Below, piece by piece: positions 61,383 to 64,000 of a stretch of DNA of 64,000 bases. The stretch comes from Vairimorpha necatrix (Eukaryota). The position numbers and the translations under genes are program-made. The notes beneath the pieces were generated by a model. That model was not told the DNA's origin and did not search any database. It saw only the letters and a list, made by a program, of their open reading frames with translations. The stretch lies in NCBI GenBank assembly GCA_036630325.1, contig CP142729.1:62001-126000 (forward strand). The letters run 5' to 3'. Numbering within the stretch: position 1 is the first letter of the stretch; each line of letters begins with the position of its first letter.

Positions 61383-64000
61383 CAGGGGTCGGCAACGAAG
61401 CGCCCGCGGGCGCAGGTGCGCCCCCTTTTCATTTTTCATATTGAGAAGAAATTTAAAAATTTATAATTTCAATATTTTAAAAAAAATCTGGTCAATTACA
61501 TTTTTAATGCTAAATATTGGAAGTACATTATAAGGAGTTGATGTACTTTTCGGTAAGCAAAAAGACCTTTCAACAAAAATTTTCTACATATGATGATTAT
61601 AACAATAAAATTATTTATTTCAATTATAAAGTTCTTTAAAATTTATTTTGACAATAATTATGCCATACATGCTAATACAAAATTCAACTAATGTTAAAAA
61701 TTTATTAAAAAAATTTTTTGCCCCTTTATGGAAGGAACCTTCAAAAAAAAGAAGGAAATTATCAATTCAAAAATTTATGGGAAGAAGATTTTTTCTTTAT
61801 AGAATTTCAAGGTAGATGTATTTGTTTATTGTGCAACAAAAGCATTGCAATATGCAAAAAAAAGTAACTTAGAACGACACTTTAATGGTTTGCATGAAAA
61901 TATAAATATTGAATACTCAATGAATTCCGAACTGCGAAAAAGTAAGTTGAAAATTTAAAATCAGCAATTTTAAAACAGCAGAGATATTTACAAAGCCAAA
62001 AGAGCTTTGAAGGCGGCCACTGTAGCTTCATTAAAAGTTGCACATCAGTTGGCTAAGAAAAAAACCCTTTTCTGATGCAGAAATTATAAAAGAGGCTATG
62101 ATAACAGCGGCGGGTTCTCTTTTTGAAGATAATGAAAACAAGACAGAAATTTTAAAAGCTATTAATATGTTGCAGTTATCAGCTATAACTGCATCAAGAA
62201 GAATATAATTAATTGCTAATAATTAAGAATCAGAATAAGATAAAGACTTAGGAAATTGTATGTATTTCTCTTTTTAGCTTGATGAATATACATGTAGTTG
62301 ACACAGCACAACTTATTGTTTCTATAAAAATGGTATTTAATGACTTTTAAACTAAAGAGGAATTTTTGAAATTCTACCTTTAACTGCTCGAACAACGGTA
62401 AAAAACATTTCTTCTTTTTTTAAAATATTTATTGTCGATAAAAATATACCACTTCAAAAACCTTCTTCTATTACAACTGATGGTGCACGAGCAATGGTCG
62501 GAAAAGAAAACGGATTTTCTGGTTTATGTAGAAAAGAATCTTTGTTTCTAAAGTTTATTTCATATCACTGTATAATTCATCAACAAGTTTTATTTTCAAA
62601 AAGTGTTATTTAAACATATTTTATTAATTGTTACTAAAATTATAAATTCGATAAGAGCCAAAGCAACTCAACATAGGCCGTTTAAGCTGCTTATTAAAGA
62701 AGAAAACGCAGATTTTAAAGATTTAGTTCTTCATACAGAAGTGAGATGGCCTAGCCGAGGCAAAGTTCTTGAACGCTTTATTAAGCTTTTACCTCAAATA
62801 AAAGAATTTATTGCAATGAGAAATGAAACTTATAAAGAATTAGAAAACAAAAGTTGGCTATTAGACCTTGGATTTTTAGCGGATATCACAATGAAATTAT
62901 ACGAACTAAATTTAAAATTACAACAAAAGAATTCACATATTGCAGATATGATGAGCTTATTTAATTCTTTTGCAAAATAGTTAGAACTTTTTAAAATAAA
63001 TTTAATGAAGAAATCCTTATCTCATTTTCAAAATACTAAATTAATAATTGAAAAAATAAAATTAAGTATTCATGAACCGATCCTACATCGTACATAGGCG
63101 CAATAGATTTATTTCTGATTGAGTTTTCTAAAAGATTTCATGATTTTGGATCATTAGAGGAAATAATTTTATTTTTTGTTAAACTTTTTAGTGTTTTTGA
63201 TTCTGATTTACCAGTAAAAATTTCTAATTTTTTTTATATAGTTAACATGGACGACTCTGAAATTGAAATTATTAATTTAAAGAATGATATAGTTTTAAAA
63301 TCTCATTATTTAGACAAGGACTTTTGGAAATTGGTTTCAGATAATAGTTTTCCCATTTTAAGAAAATGTGCACTTAAAATATTTTTATATTGTGGAACCA
63401 CATATAATTGTGAAGCTCTTTTTTTGAATATGACGTATTTTTTATCAAAATATCGAACACAACTTACGGACAAACATTTAGATAACTGTTTAAGAGCTGC
63501 CAATTCATCTTATACCATTAATTATGACCAAATGCAGATGACATGCAAAAAAATAGTATCTCATTAAAAAGTATCGTTTCTAAGTATTTCTCTACACGTA
63601 GTTAATTTTTAATATTTCTTCGAGATTTAATCGAAAACAAAATTTAAACCTCTTTAAAGTAATTATGAAGAAATTTGCTTCGCATTCTTGTCAAAACAAT
63701 ATCTATTAAATCTATATAAAACCAATAAATTCAATTTTTTCGATTCTTTTAATCACTTAAGAAAACTCTTGTAAATATATTTAATTATAATTTTCGTTTT
63801 AATATAAAAAATTAAAACTTGTTTAAAGTGCCTATCTTTAAAAATACTAAAAAAATCATAATCGTATTTTTCACTACGAAATGTTTTTTTAAAAAGATTT
63901 CCAGAGCATTTATTTTAATTTTCATAGATATTTTTTTGAGCTTGCGCCCGTTTTTCGTTTTAAGATTTTGAAATTGCCCAATTCGAACTTTTTTTCAAAA
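61383..64000 (+). mobile_element. hAT transposon (Buster/SPIN/GTF2IRD2-like); right TIR not seen in window
   Basis: Left end CAGGGGTCGGCAAC with GC-rich subterminal palindrome; upstream 8-mer CAATATAT fits the NNNTANNN target. Confidence 0.88.
61728..63567 (+). pseudogene. Disrupted hAT transposase
   Basis: CCCC-TTT-ATG start; BED-like CLLCNK...SNLERHF; QLDE-like, ITTDGARAMVG, HCIIHQ, HTEVRWPSRG, GTTYNCE, RTQLTDKHL; many stops and frameshifts. Confidence 0.9.

Noticed and set aside
1620..63503. Remaining short (60-125 aa) ORF-track entries in AT-rich DNA
   Set aside because: Low-complexity I/L/F/K/Y peptides without a CCC/GGG start motif or domains, or pieces of the pseudogenes listed above.

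Overview
Very AT-rich, gene-sparse eukaryotic DNA. It is most likely from a microsporidian (Nosema/Vairimorpha-like; inference): genes are intronless, nearly every real start codon has a CCC/GGG motif just upstream, and there is a microsporidian-type homeobox gene. Mobile elements dominate. They include two full-length Ty3/gypsy LTR retrotransposons (one with identical LTRs and an unbroken ORF, one defective), three complete Merlin/IS1595-like DNA transposons plus a remnant, a TIR-bounded MITE, a decayed hAT (Buster/SPIN-like) element running off the right edge, and about nine fragments of restriction-like-endonuclease (RLE) non-LTR retrotransposons. Host genes are a 729-aa putatively secreted protein, a homeobox gene, and a co-oriented array of paralogous signal-peptide genes, mostly membrane-anchored (four ORFs plus one pseudogene absent from the ORF track). 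A HECT E3-ligase pseudogene is also absent from the track. Most notable items: the surface-protein array; a GC-rich, poly(A)-tailed, TSD-flanked retroposed insert resembling an insect retroelement 3' end; LTR elements whose ORFs start inside the LTR and share one primer-binding site; and a Merlin whose TIRs duplicate its promoter motif and start codon. All calls were made by eye, with no database searches.
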